A stretch of DNA of 64,000 nt from Candidatus Bathyarchaeota archaeon (GCA_963833575.1 CAWHXY010000004.1:512001-576000), one strand, 5' to 3'. Shown: positions 28,639 through 38,891, counted from the first letter of the stretch. Notes: generated by a model from the letters alone, not told the origin. Translations and numbers: made by a program.

Positions 28639-29523
28639 ATGAACAATGAATTGCAAGTCTACATAGACGGCCAATTTTACCCAAAATCGCAGGCTAAGAT
28701 TTCAGTCTATGACCATGGGTTCCTTTACGGAGACGGCGTTTTTGAAGGAATCCGAGAATACAACGGCGTAGTTTTTAAGCTAAAAGAGCATATTGACCGT
28801 CTTTACCGTTCAGCACATGCCGTAACATTGGAAATACCGTTAACTAAAGAAGAAATGATTCAAGCTGTAGTTGAAACCTTAAGAAAAAACAAAATGAAAG
28901 ACTCATACATACGCTTGGTAGTAAGTAGAGGAGTGGGAGACCTCGGTTTAGACCCGCGCAAATGCCCCAAACCCACAATCATAATCATAACTGACACAAT
29001 TAACATAAAAGCAGGAGACGCTAAAGAAACAGGAGTTACAACCATGTTCTCTTGGGTCCGCAGAAACCCAGTTGACGCAACAACACATGAGATAAAATCT
29101 CTCAATTACCTAAACAGCGTGTTGGCAAAAATTGAAGCAAACGCTTGTGGAGTTGATGAAGCCATATGCTTGGAAAGCAACGGTTGTATAGCTGAAGGTG
29201 TTGGTGAAAACGTTTTCATAGTCAAAAACGGCGAACTCTTAACCCCGCCAACATCAACAGGTGCACTTGCAGGTATCACCGCCGAAGTCTTAGAGAAACT
29301 TGCAGCTAAACTAAAAATAAAACTAACAGTAACCAATCTCACTCCATTCATGATGTTCACTGCAGACGAAGCCTTTTTCACAGGAACAGCCATGGAAATG
29401 GTGCCTATAAGAGAAGTCAACAAACGCACAATCGGCACAGGCAAACCTGGACCAATCACAAAGAAGTTGATGGTTGAATTCCAAAAAATAATCGAAGATC
29501 CAACACAAGGCACAATAGTTTAA
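28639..29523 (+). CDS. ilvE: Branched-chain amino acid aminotransferase
   Basis: YGDGVFEG, KSLNYL, EGVGEN, LAGIT, FFTGTA. Confidence 0.9.
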   Translation: MNNELQVYIDGQFYPKSQAKISVYDHGFLYGDGVFEGIREYNGVVFKLKEHIDRLYRSAHAVTLEIPLTKEEMIQAVVETLRKNKMKDSYIRLVVSRGVGDLGLDPRKCPKPTIIIITDTINIKAGDAKETGVTTMFSWVRRNPVDATTHEIKSLNYLNSVLAKIEANACGVDEAICLESNGCIAEGVGENVFIVKNGELLTPPTSTGALAGITAEVLEKLAAKLKIKLTVTNLTPFMMFTADEAFFTGTAMEMVPIREVNKRTIGTGKPGPITKKLMVEFQKIIEDPTQGTIV

Positions 29524-29651
29524 TTTTTCCTTTCTTTAATTATGTTGTTGATAATCCTAATTCGGCTTTTAGTTTGGAATTAGAGGATAAGTAGGTCTTG
29601 TTATTGAATTCTATTAACAAGAATTAGGGATTGGTTGGTAGAATAGTTTTG

Positions 29652-30884
29652 TTAATTAGCTTTGAGTTTTTGCGGTTTTTTGCTTTTGCTTTTCTTCATG
29701 AAGGCTTCCAGTGCATTGAAAGCTTCTTCTAGCTCTGGAATTGGTGGTAGAAATACTGCTCGGGCATGGCCTTTGCCGTAAACTGGGTCGAACCCTGAAC
29801 CGTTGACTATCAACACTCCGGTAGCTTTTAGCAAGTCAACGACGAAGTCCATGTCGGTTTTCCATCTTGTGCCTACGTCGTGGATTTTTGGGAAGATGTA
29901 AAATGCTCCTTCAGGCTTGGTGGTGCTTATGCCTTCAATCTCGTTAAGGCGCTTGCATGAGTAATCTCTTCTTTGGCGTAGTTTTTCGACGACACCTTTG
30001 ATGTGGTCTTGTGGTCCGTTAAGGGCTGCGGCACCTGCTTTCTGCACGGGCGTATTGGCACATAGGCGAATGCGGCATTCTTTTTCGATTCCCTGCCTGA
30101 GTTCATCAAGTTCGCCTTTTTCGTCTTTAAAGTACAAGTACCCCAGTCGTAGCCCTGTCATTTGGTAGGCTTTGGAAAAACCGTTAAACCCTAAAACCGG
30201 AACATCTTTGGCTAAACTGGCGGTGCTGACAAAATTGTCGGAGTAGGTGATTTGGTCGTAGATTTCATCCGACAATACCAGTAGCTTATGTTCTGCGGCA
30301 ACATCTAGCATTTCCTTTATCATTTTTCTGCCGTAAACGGCACCGGTTGGGTTGTTTGGGTTTATGATTACGAGCGCTCGGGTTTTTTTGGAAATTTTTT
30401 TGCGCAAGTCATCCACATTGGGTTGCCAGCATTCGGATTCGACGGTTTCATAAGCGACTGGTGTGCCATCGAAAAATTTGGTGTAAGAAATGTATGGTGG
30501 GTAGGTTGGTCCAGGAAAGAGGATTTCGTCGCCTCTCTCTACGATGGCTGCAAGGGACATTTGTATGCCTTCCGAGATACCTTCGGTGATAAGGACATCG
30601 TCGGCTGTAATGTTAACGTTGTTGACTCTTTTTTCTTTCTTGACAACCGCTTCTCTGAGTTCCAGAATTCCTTCTGAAGGCGAGTAGTAATTGTTGTCTT
30701 CTTGCAGGGCTTTACAGAGGGCAGCTTTAACATGGGAAGGTACGGTTAAGTCGAATGCTGCAGGGTCGCCAATGTTTAAGTAATAGATTTTTTTGCCGTC
30801 TTCAATTAGCTGCTTAGTATGCACTATAACATCACGTATAGCGTATTCAATGTTTGAAGCTCTGCTGGTTACTTTGAAAGCCAA
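29652..30884 (-). CDS. Class I/II PLP aminotransferase (alanine aminotransferase-like)
   Basis: YAIRD, LNIGDP, NPNNPTG, DEIYD, GFSKAY..TG.RLG. Confidence 0.85.
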   Translation of the reverse strand: MAFKVTSRASNIEYAIRDVIVHTKQLIEDGKKIYYLNIGDPAAFDLTVPSHVKAALCKALQEDNNYYSPSEGILELREAVVKKEKRVNNVNITADDVLITEGISEGIQMSLAAIVERGDEILFPGPTYPPYISYTKFFDGTPVAYETVESECWQPNVDDLRKKISKKTRALVIINPNNPTGAVYGRKMIKEMLDVAAEHKLLVLSDEIYDQITYSDNFVSTASLAKDVPVLGFNGFSKAYQMTGLRLGYLYFKDEKGELDELRQGIEKECRIRLCANTPVQKAGAAALNGPQDHIKGVVEKLRQRRDYSCKRLNEIEGISTTKPEGAFYIFPKIHDVGTRWKTDMDFVVDLLKATGVLIVNGSGFDPVYGKGHARAVFLPPIPELEEAFNALEAFMKKSKSKKPQKLKAN

Positions 30885-30994
30885 GTTTTGTTACCTGTAA
30901 CCCAAACACTTGCTAACGGAAAAAATAAATGTTCCTAAGATAATACGGCATGAAATGGCTAACGTATCCTTATCACGCAAAAAAATTGTGCTTG

Positions 30995-32437
30995 TTAGTA
31001 CGACCTCGCAAAATACACCGTTTCTTCAGCTTTTTGTCCGCAGTAAACGCAGTTCGCTGTTGGTTCTTCTTTCTTGAAGGGTCGAACTCTGATGGTTGCG
31101 CCGGTTTCATCTTTTATCTTTGCTTCACATTCGGGGCTGTCGCACCATGCTGCCTTAATGAAACCGCCTTTTTCCTCGAGAACCTTCTTGAATTCCACAT
31201 AGCTTTCTACAGAGGTGGTTTTGTCTTGGAGGATAGCTTTAGCTTTTGCATACATGTTGTCCTGTATTTCCCTCAGCATCTTCTCTACAGTGGCGACTAA
31301 TTCAGCTTCTACTACGGGGGTTTTCTGCCCCGTATCGCGTCGGACCATAACGACTTGGCCCGCTTTGAAGTCTCGTGGACCCAGTTCAATGCGGATTGGG
31401 ATGCCTTTTAGTTCCCACTGGTGAAATTTCCAGCCCGGCGTGTATTCGTTGCGGTCATCGAGGATTACGCTGACACCATGGGTTCTGAGTGTCTCTGCGA
31501 TTTCTTTAGTTTTTGCGGCGATTGCTTCAGCTTCAAGACCCTTGAATGGAATTGGAACGATAACCACCTGGGTTGGTGCAACTTTGGGTGGCATAATCAA
31601 GCCTTTGTCGTCGCCGTGAACCATAACCATGGCACCAATTAGTCGCGTGGTTATGCCCCAGCTGGTCTGCCAAACATGATGGTCCTGTTTGTCTTCACCA
31701 ATAAATTTCACATCAAACACTTTGGCGAAGTGTTGACCTAGGTTATGGCTGGTTCCCATCTGTAGTGCTTTGCCGTCGGGCATAATGGATTCGAGCGATG
31801 TAGTGTAGAGTGCACCAGCGAACTTTTCACTATCACTCTTGGTGCCGACAACCACTGGGATTGCCAAGTAATTCTCCATTATATCTTTGTATTCGCCAAG
31901 TGCGTACATGACCTCTGCTTCAGCTTCCTCACTGGTTGCGTGTGCGGTGTGGCCTTCCTGCCAAAGAAACTCGCGTGTCCGCAAAAACAGCTTCGTCGCT
32001 TTAGTTTCCCAACGCACTATGTTGCACCATTGGTTAATTTTCAATGGCAGGTCTCTCCAGCTGCGTATCCACTTGCTGAACATTGCGTACATTATGGTTT
32101 CGCTGGTGGGACGAACCGCTAGTTTCTCCTCTAGCGGTGTGTTCCCGCCTTGAGTAATCCATGCCACCTCAGGAGTAAACCCTTCAAAGTGCTCAGCTTC
32201 TTTTTTGAGGAAGCTTTCAGGGATAAACATAGGAAAGTAAACGTTTTTGTGTCCTGTTGCCTTGATTTTTTGGTTTAAGATTTCCTGGATTTTCTCCCAA
32301 ACCGCGTAGGCGTCTGGACGGATTATCATGCAGCCTTTGACGGGTGCGTAATCTGCAAGCTCAGCTTTCAAAACGACCTGGACGTACCATTCGTTGAAGT
32401 CTTGGTTTTTCTTTACGGTTACTCCGGTGTCTGACAT
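30995..32437 (-). CDS. proS: Proline--tRNA ligase (archaeal/eukaryal type)
   Basis: RPTSET, FLRTREFLWQEGHT, QMGTSHNLG, C-terminal Zn Cys, ARSY terminus. Confidence 0.95.
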   Translation of the reverse strand: MSDTGVTVKKNQDFNEWYVQVVLKAELADYAPVKGCMIIRPDAYAVWEKIQEILNQKIKATGHKNVYFPMFIPESFLKKEAEHFEGFTPEVAWITQGGNTPLEEKLAVRPTSETIMYAMFSKWIRSWRDLPLKINQWCNIVRWETKATKLFLRTREFLWQEGHTAHATSEEAEAEVMYALGEYKDIMENYLAIPVVVGTKSDSEKFAGALYTTSLESIMPDGKALQMGTSHNLGQHFAKVFDVKFIGEDKQDHHVWQTSWGITTRLIGAMVMVHGDDKGLIMPPKVAPTQVVIVPIPFKGLEAEAIAAKTKEIAETLRTHGVSVILDDRNEYTPGWKFHQWELKGIPIRIELGPRDFKAGQVVMVRRDTGQKTPVVEAELVATVEKMLREIQDNMYAKAKAILQDKTTSVESYVEFKKVLEEKGGFIKAAWCDSPECEAKIKDETGATIRVRPFKKEEPTANCVYCGQKAEETVYFARSY

Positions 32438-32540
32438 TGAGGATTTCTCTTCTTTCCACTTCTACGCGCATAGAATATAAAACCATAACGGGAATAATTA
32501 ATGAGAATAGTGGTATAAGATAGCAAAAAAAGAATAAAAA

Positions 32541-32708
32541 TTACTTTCTGAAAAGTCCCTTTTTTTCAGGATAGTCTTTGCATTCGTAGATTCGCAGTTG
32601 TCTTTGAGGTTCGATGCGGCATCTTTTGCGGGCGTTTTTTCGTCTTATCAGTGGGGCAAGTTGGAAGAAGGGACATTTTGAACAAAGCGTACTCGTTTTC
32701 TTCTCAGT
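32541..32708 (-). CDS. Putative Cys4 microprotein lacking a canonical start (or a remnant)
   Basis: Open frame TEKKTSTLCSKCPFFQLAPLIRRKNARKRCRIEPQRQLRIYECKDYPEKKGLFRK* directly after the ABC permease stop. Confidence 0.3.
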   Translation of the reverse strand, partial: TEKKTSTLCSKCPFFQLAPLIRRKNARKRCRIEPQRQLRIYECKDYPEKKGLFRK

Positions 32709-32712
32709 TCTC

Positions 32713-33912
32713 CTATCGTGTCATCATTCTTCTGAATACAGGTAGCGCAATCGCAATCATGACTACGCCGAAGACTATCAGCACGATGAGGTCCGTAGAT
32801 ATCTGCGATACGCCTGAGCCGAGCACCATAACTTTCCGTAGAGCATCGCTAGCGTAAGTTAGGGGTAGAGCTTTGCTTATGTCCTGCATGTACCATGGCA
32901 TCTGCTGTATGGGGAAGAACACTCCAGACAGGAACATCATTGGGAACATCAGTGTCATCATGAGCATCTGCGCGGTTTCCTGGTCTTTGGTGAATGACGT
33001 TATGACTATGCCTAAGCCGACAAAGCTAAACACACCCAGCAACAGCAACGCAAACACCAACAACAAGCTGCCCTGCACGGCGACCCCAAATATTCCGATA
33101 GCTAACCCTAAGATTATTAGACCTTGAATTAAGCCTCTGGCTGTCTGCGCTACAGTCTTACCTAGTAGGATGGAAAGTCTGTTTACTGGTGCAACCATCA
33201 TGCCATCCATTGTTCCGATTTCCTTCTCCTGCGAGATAGCGACGGGTAAACCTGTCATAACACTCATCATTACGGTCATAGCCATTATGCCTGGTGCGAT
33301 GAAGTCAAAGTAGCTAGGGTGACCTGAAATTACACCTTGAGTTTGTACATTAAAGGGCTGTATCACTGCAAGAGGGTTTGTAACTGTTGAATTCAGTGTC
33401 TGAACGTTGTGCATGGCTATCTGTTGACCCATTACGTTGAATACGCCGCTTAATGCAGCTTGAATTGTCGCAGATATCTGGGGGTTCGATTCATCGGTGA
33501 CTATTAAGAGGGTACTTTGTTGCCCCGTTAGCGTGCTTTGGGAGAAGTTGCTGGGTATTACGATACCGCCTTCAAGGTCTCCACGCTGCACCATATCCTT
33601 GAGGCTCGCCGTGCTTGACACGTTAGTTATTACGAGCATGTGTGTCTGTCCGTTGATTGCTTCCAAACTCTGGATGAAACCCCCATGAGTCGTGTTTGAC
33701 ATAAATGCTCCGTTGAAGCCTGAGTCCTCGTTAACTAAGCCCACTTGCAAACCACTGATTGTACCGTTGGATGGGTAAATGAACCCGACCATAACCATCA
33801 TGAATAATGGCATGACAATTAAGAGAACTAATCCAAGCCTGTTACGGAAAAGTTCAGTCAAGTCTTTTTTAGCAATTCTAAGGCTGTGTTGGAGAATTGT
33901 TTTTACTGTCAT
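32713..33912 (-). CDS. ABC-2 type exporter permease
   Basis: N-terminal TM, large extracellular loop, EKEIGT, FLSGVFFP, PLTYA. Confidence 0.9.
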   Translation of the reverse strand: MTVKTILQHSLRIAKKDLTELFRNRLGLVLLIVMPLFMMVMVGFIYPSNGTISGLQVGLVNEDSGFNGAFMSNTTHGGFIQSLEAINGQTHMLVITNVSSTASLKDMVQRGDLEGGIVIPSNFSQSTLTGQQSTLLIVTDESNPQISATIQAALSGVFNVMGQQIAMHNVQTLNSTVTNPLAVIQPFNVQTQGVISGHPSYFDFIAPGIMAMTVMMSVMTGLPVAISQEKEIGTMDGMMVAPVNRLSILLGKTVAQTARGLIQGLIILGLAIGIFGVAVQGSLLLVFALLLLGVFSFVGLGIVITSFTKDQETAQMLMMTLMFPMMFLSGVFFPIQQMPWYMQDISKALPLTYASDALRKVMVLGSGVSQISTDLIVLIVFGVVMIAIALPVFRRMMTR

Positions 33913-33914
33913 TT

Positions 33915-34943
33915 TTATCCCCTCACTCTACTTCTTGACGCTCCGCCAAACTGCCTTGGCCCATGTGCCATCGGGATTTTCTGATCCGCACTGTCTCTAA
34001 CTTCGTGCCCAGTTATGTGTAGAAATACGTCCTCAAGCGATGGCTGCAGATTTTCCATGGAGACTATTTTTCCGTTTCTTTTTCTAACAGCGTCTATAAT
34101 GTTGTCGAATGCTTCTTCACCGTGAACGATTAAGTGAAGTCGCGTAGAGTTTTCTTGCGTTACAGCATCTGCGCAATTGAGGGCTTTTATAGCGCTCAAT
34201 ATGTCTGGTAATAGGTTTGCTACTTCGAGTTTAATAATCATGGTATCTCCACCTGAAATTATTTTTTTAAGATTTGTAGAAGTGTCAAGAGCAATGATTT
34301 TTCCGTGGTCCACTATGGCTATGCGATCACATAGCAAATCAGCATCAATCATCATGTGAGTTGTAATGATGACTGAGGTGCCATTATCTTGATTAAGTTT
34401 TTTTACAAAATCTCTGATTTCAACTGATGATTGGGGATCTAAGCCTAATGTGGGTTCATCTAAAAAGAGGACCTGAGGCATATTTAGTAATGCACGTACA
34501 ACGTTCATTCTTTGTCGCATACCCGTTGAAAACGTACCGACTTGTGCGTTCTTCCATTTTGTAAGTTGAACCAGTTCAAGTAATTCATCAATTCTCTTGT
34601 TTAATGTTTCTTTTGGAATGTTGAAGAGGCTACCGAAAAACCAAAGGTTCTCTTTGGCGGTTAAACGATTGTAGATTATCATTTTTTCAGAAACTATACC
34701 GATGAGTTTACGTACATCAGTATCGTTTTTTACCGTATCGTAGCCGCCGATGGTTGCAGTTCCTTTTGTTGGTCTTGATAGTGTTGAGAGCATCCGTAGT
34801 GTTGTGCTTTTGCCTGCTCCGTTTGGTCCCAGAAGGCCGAATATCTCGCCTTTCTTCACATTAAATGAAATGTCATCTACGGCTGTAAACTTTCCAAACA
34901 CTTTAGTAAGGTTCTTCACTTCAATTATGTTACCGTTATCCAT
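33915..34943 (-). CDS. ABC exporter ATP-binding subunit (DrrA-like)
   Basis: GPNGAGKST, FSTGMRQR, LDEPT, TTH; likely ATG at 34943. Confidence 0.9.
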   Translation of the reverse strand: MDNGNIIEVKNLTKVFGKFTAVDDISFNVKKGEIFGLLGPNGAGKSTTLRMLSTLSRPTKGTATIGGYDTVKNDTDVRKLIGIVSEKMIIYNRLTAKENLWFFGSLFNIPKETLNKRIDELLELVQLTKWKNAQVGTFSTGMRQRMNVVRALLNMPQVLFLDEPTLGLDPQSSVEIRDFVKKLNQDNGTSVIITTHMMIDADLLCDRIAIVDHGKIIALDTSTNLKKIISGGDTMIIKLEVANLLPDILSAIKALNCADAVTQENSTRLHLIVHGEEAFDNIIDAVRKRNGKIVSMENLQPSLEDVFLHITGHEVRDSADQKIPMAHGPRQFGGASRSRVRG

Positions 34944-35029
34944 TTGCAGACAACTCTTAATATTATTCAGTGCAATATATTGCGGTAAAATATAAGTATT
35001 ACCCAAATATAATATAGATTCGAAATAAA

Positions 35030-35620
35030 ATGGCCACAGAAAAAGAAGAAAAGACCACAGAGAATTGGATGAAAGAGGCTCAGAAAGGCTACATACGAAT
35101 GGGAGTCCTCATCCTTCTTAACAAGAAACCATTCCATGGCTACGAAATAATGAAAGAAATCAACAAACGAACGAAAGGGTTCTGGCAACCGACCGCCGGA
35201 GGCGTATATCCAATTTTGCGCGACCTAGAAAAGTCAGGTTACATTAAAGGTGAATGGCAAACCCAGAAAAATAGAAAAATAAAAGTTTACAAAATTACTG
35301 AATCAGGAGAACTGATTCTACGACGAGCTATAGTAAAAGAAGCTGAAATCTTCAATAACATCGGAGGTCTTTTCAAGGAATTCGCCAAAGATGTCCTTAA
35401 CATTGAGACAATCACGATTATGCCGAATATGCCATCCCCCTTCAAACCTTTCTTAGAAGAAAACCCCAACAGTGAAGAAAATCTCAAACAACTGGTACAT
35501 CAACGAAAACACGTTTACGAATCAGCAAAAATGATGCAGGAAAAACTAAAACAGTTAGATGATAGAATTAGAGAAATCAAGAAGCAACCACAAAATGACT
35601 CTGCCACTTTATCAAAATAG
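35030..35620 (+). CDS. PadR family transcriptional regulator, divergent from the ABC exporter
   Basis: HGYEI, GGVYPIL..LE, KVYKITESG. Confidence 0.9.
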   Translation: MATEKEEKTTENWMKEAQKGYIRMGVLILLNKKPFHGYEIMKEINKRTKGFWQPTAGGVYPILRDLEKSGYIKGEWQTQKNRKIKVYKITESGELILRRAIVKEAEIFNNIGGLFKEFAKDVLNIETITIMPNMPSPFKPFLEENPNSEENLKQLVHQRKHVYESAKMMQEKLKQLDDRIREIKKQPQNDSATLSK

Positions 35621-35709
35621 CGAACACAAAAACTTTTGGGGAAAAATCTCGACCGATTAGTCTAAAGAATTAAATTCAGGACCGATTATTTCTAGATAGA
35701 GTGATGTCA

Positions 35710-36033
35710 ATGTTCCGCGTTAGAGTAAGCAAAATTGAGTCAAATCGTGATCTAGATGGCAATCTTGGAAAGAGAATTGAATTGCTTGAAGAACGAGAAG
35801 TTAACCCCTACGTTTTGAGGCCACAATCAGATGAAGCTAAAATGGCTCAAGATATAATGCAAGCACTCCAGCAACAAATGCCTTTCTTGCCACAAAAAGC
35901 GCAGCTTGCCACTCCTAAAATAATACTGTTCCTCACTGAACAGGAATGCGATAGTTTTGGTATAACGTTTGATGTGAATCAGGTTTACGAAGTAATGCTT
36001 GAAAACCAGGCGATTCGCTTTAGGAAAGTTTGA
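35710..36033 (+). CDS. Arcadin-1-like protein
   Basis: Pattern V.K...D..G...KRIEL.EE, Q-rich helix, PKI.LFLTE.E...G...V resembles Pyrobaculum arcadin-1. Confidence 0.7.
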   Translation: MFRVRVSKIESNRDLDGNLGKRIELLEEREVNPYVLRPQSDEAKMAQDIMQALQQQMPFLPQKAQLATPKIILFLTEQECDSFGITFDVNQVYEVMLENQAIRFRKV

Positions 36034-36358
36034 GGATTTCTTTTCTTATTTGCCTTAGCGCCGAATGCTTGGGGTGAAAAGATAAAACAAACATCATGCT
36101 TCTCAACGCTGAACTTATTCCTTCTAAATCTGATATTTTGCCTTCATCGCAGTATAACGGAATAGGTTCGTCGCCATCGGTTTCTTCATAGTAAACATAA
36201 ATTGGTGAACCAGCTCTATCCAATTTTTTCATTTCAAAATCTAAATTCAGCCGTTTAGCTGTTTCCTCTGCAGCATTTCTAACTGATTCCAGGCGTTTCC
36301 TAAAAGGAACACCACTTGAAGCGTAAACCATCAGTTTTCCACAATTTTCCTTAAACAT
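36020..36358 (-). CDS. Conserved hypothetical protein
   Basis: Clean ORF with a globular composition (PIYVYY, MFVLSFHP). Confidence 0.6.
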   Translation of the reverse strand: MFKENCGKLMVYASSGVPFRKRLESVRNAAEETAKRLNLDFEMKKLDRAGSPIYVYYEETDGDEPIPLYCDEGKISDLEGISSALRSMMFVLSFHPKHSALRQIRKEILKLS

Positions 36359-36536
36359 GATATATTACCAATCATTGTGTGTGCAATAATCTCTTTTAAA
36401 ACAAGCCTTGAAACGACTTTCTTAATCAGTGGAGGGGTGATTGAAAGTGAACCAGGCAAATTGTTGCTGTGCAAGGGCAACCACAACGGCTTATATGTTT
36501 AGGAAAAAATCAAACCTTATTGTGAGGTGAAAAAAA

Positions 36537-36962
36537 ATGGCGATTGGCGAAAAACTTTGGGAAGGCAAAGGCAAAAGTGGCGCAGGTTTCATAAAGTCAG
36601 TCGGAATGGATGGAGTTACTTCAGTTTATACCTGGACTGCTCAAATGAAAGGAATGGGGAAAGCGAAAGGCGTTGACCTCAACCTCAATGTCACAGGTAT
36701 GAGCATGGCTCCGCCTAAAGGCGTAGCTTGGTCTAAAGATCAAGGACAGATGATGTCAATGACTGGTGATATGGGCATATTGAAAGGTGTTTCTTTGATG
36801 AAGATGGTGATGGGACAGAATCCTACAAGCGTAGGCTTATGGACCTTCATGACTATGTCCGAGAAACTAGGCTGGCTCAATGACACGATTGCGGTTGTCA
36901 CTTTTGAAGCAACAGACCCAATGTGGACGGAACTAAACATTACAATCTGGGAATGGAAGTAG
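36537..36962 (+). CDS. Hypothetical Met/Gly-rich beta-barrel-like protein
   Basis: GAGGTGA RBS, TTATAT box upstream, alternating beta pattern, ends WEWK. Confidence 0.7.
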   Translation: MAIGEKLWEGKGKSGAGFIKSVGMDGVTSVYTWTAQMKGMGKAKGVDLNLNVTGMSMAPPKGVAWSKDQGQMMSMTGDMGILKGVSLMKMVMGQNPTSVGLWTFMTMSEKLGWLNDTIAVVTFEATDPMWTELNITIWEWK

Positions 36963-36978
36963 AAACCGAGCGATTCTT

Positions 36979-37440
36979 ATGCAAGAGCATAAAGAATGGC
37001 AAATGCCTGAATGGTGGTATCGAGAAAAACGCCCAACCAACGACGGAGCTTATTTTGAAAACATGTGCCGAGTTATTTTCCAAGCAGGCTTAAATTGGAA
37101 AGTAATCGACAACAAATGGTCCTCAATCAAAAAAGCATTATTAAACTTTAAAATAGAAAAAATATCATGTTTTACAGAAGCTGATATTGAAAGACTCATG
37201 AAAGATCCAGGAATCATAAGGAACAAAGGCAAAATAAAAGCCATAATACAAAACGCACAAAACTTCAACGCCATAGAAAAAAGGTACGGTTCTTTCCAAA
37301 AATACCTCGATAGCCTAGATAAATCAAACAACTATGAAAACGCAATTAAAGATTTAGTGAACAAGTTTAAGTGGCTAGGTCCGCCTTCAGCAAGCCTTTT
37401 CCTGTACACCGTTGGAGAAAAAATAAGCGTATGGGATTAA
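36979..37440 (+). CDS. DNA-3-methyladenine glycosylase I-like protein
   Basis: FQAGLNW, GIIRN.GKI.A...NA, FKWLGP. Confidence 0.8.
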   Translation: MQEHKEWQMPEWWYREKRPTNDGAYFENMCRVIFQAGLNWKVIDNKWSSIKKALLNFKIEKISCFTEADIERLMKDPGIIRNKGKIKAIIQNAQNFNAIEKRYGSFQKYLDSLDKSNNYENAIKDLVNKFKWLGPPSASLFLYTVGEKISVWD

Positions 37441-37507
37441 AACCAATTTTTTCTTTTTTATAAATTAGATTTTTAAATTTGAACCTCTCAACTTAATTGA
37501 GAAAGCT

Positions 37508-37783
37508 ATGGTCAAAACTAGAGTTCATGTGTTTGTAAGCGGCATAGTTCAAGGTGTGTTTTTTCGGCAAAAAACTAAACAGCAAGCCGAGAGTTTGGGT
37601 GTCATAGGATGGATTCGCAATTTGCCCGATGGCAGGGTGGAAGCCGTTTTTGAAGGGGAAGAAGATGTCGTTAATACTCTTGTGAAATTTTGCAGGAAGG
37701 GGCCAAAGGGAGCATCAGTCACGGGCTTAATTGTGAATCGTGATACCTTCAGAGATGAGTTTGAAAGTTTTGAGATAGTTTGA
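37508..37783 (+). CDS. acyP: Acylphosphatase
   Basis: GIVQGVFFR, GWIRNLPDGRVE. Confidence 0.9.
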   Translation: MVKTRVHVFVSGIVQGVFFRQKTKQQAESLGVIGWIRNLPDGRVEAVFEGEEDVVNTLVKFCRKGPKGASVTGLIVNRDTFRDEFESFEIV

Positions 37784-37839
37784 TAAAACATTTTCAGTTT
37801 AAATCTTAGATTTGTCTTTATTCGAGGCGAGGCAGATTT

Positions 37840-38373
37840 ATGAAAATACTTGGTTTAGTTGGAAGCCCTAGAAAAACAAGCAACACGGATATTCTCTTAA
37901 GCGCTATCTTAGACGGTGCACGTGGAAATCGCCATTCCACTGAAAAAGTTTACCTCTATGACTTTGACATTGGATCTTGCGTGGACTGCAAATCCTGCAA
38001 AAGGGGTAATTATAGATGCGGGTTAAGTGACGACATGCAGACGCTCTATCCAAAGCTAGAAGAAGCTGACGTGATAATTTTTGGGACCCCTCTATACTGG
38101 TATGGGCCTACAGCCAAAATGAAACTGTTAATCGACAGGTTGCGTCCATTTGTAGAGTCAAAAAAGCTGAAGGGCAAAAAAGCCATTTTGGTTGTTCCTT
38201 CAGAAGAAGGAGCAGAAGCCTGCAACTTTATTGTAGGCATGTTTAATCTTTCCTTCAAATACTTGGAGATAGATCTGATTGGAAAGTTGCTACCGAAAGC
38301 CTCTGAAAAAGCAGAAGTAAGAGGGCAACCTAAAACGCTAAGCGACGCACTTGCCCTTGGAAAATCCATTTAA
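37840..38373 (+). CDS. Iron-sulfur flavoprotein / NADPH-dependent FMN reductase
   Basis: GSPRK..NT, CxxCxxC...C, GTPLYW. Confidence 0.85.
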   Translation: MKILGLVGSPRKTSNTDILLSAILDGARGNRHSTEKVYLYDFDIGSCVDCKSCKRGNYRCGLSDDMQTLYPKLEEADVIIFGTPLYWYGPTAKMKLLIDRLRPFVESKKLKGKKAILVVPSEEGAEACNFIVGMFNLSFKYLEIDLIGKLLPKASEKAEVRGQPKTLSDALALGKSI

Positions 38374-38407
38374 GTCACGATTTCATGTTTAGATATCAGT
38401 AAACGCT

Positions 38408-38812
38408 TCAAGCTTTTTTCTTGGGTACTCTAAAATGTGAATCTTTTCCGGCGCTAATGTATTCTCCACCCATCCCTCGAACTGCAGATGCTATTTTGGC
38501 AAAGTTTTCTGAACCTAAAAACTGCTTAGGTTTAATGATTATATAGTCGCCTTTGTCCTCAAAGCTTAATCTGGCTTCTAACTCTTCGGGAAAGGACATA
38601 CGGATGTCATCAAGCGACCTCTGCTTAGAACCAGCTTCACGTAGCGGTGCAGGTGCTGCTGGAACCGTTGGAGGTTGGATAATTTGACCTACTGCAAGCG
38701 ACTTCAGTGACGCTGAGACAGAACGCAGTTCTTCTGAGGTCTTGTTTAACTCCGCAGCAAGTTTGTCAACCTTTTCCAATATTTGATTAAGCTTTTCTTT
38801 GTCAGTGCTCAT
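38408..38812 (-). CDS. Hypothetical protein (coiled coil, Pro/Ala linker, small C-terminal domain)
   Basis: ATG at 38812; C-terminal FLGSENFAKIA...GGEYISAGK. Confidence 0.65.
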   Translation of the reverse strand: MSTDKEKLNQILEKVDKLAAELNKTSEELRSVSASLKSLAVGQIIQPPTVPAAPAPLREAGSKQRSLDDIRMSFPEELEARLSFEDKGDYIIIKPKQFLGSENFAKIASAVRGMGGEYISAGKDSHFRVPKKKA

Positions 38813-38891
38813 CCAAACGCTCCTCAAACTCCTAAATAAAACAAGACGCTTATTAATTATTTGCAATAGCTATGCTTGGAAGAAAAAAGGC

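Noticed and set aside
36428-36530. GGAGGGGTGA followed by a short CCC-containing ORF and an imperfect hairpin
   Set aside because: It overlaps the apparent TATA box and RBS of the 36537 gene; too short and unsupported to call a gene or ncRNA
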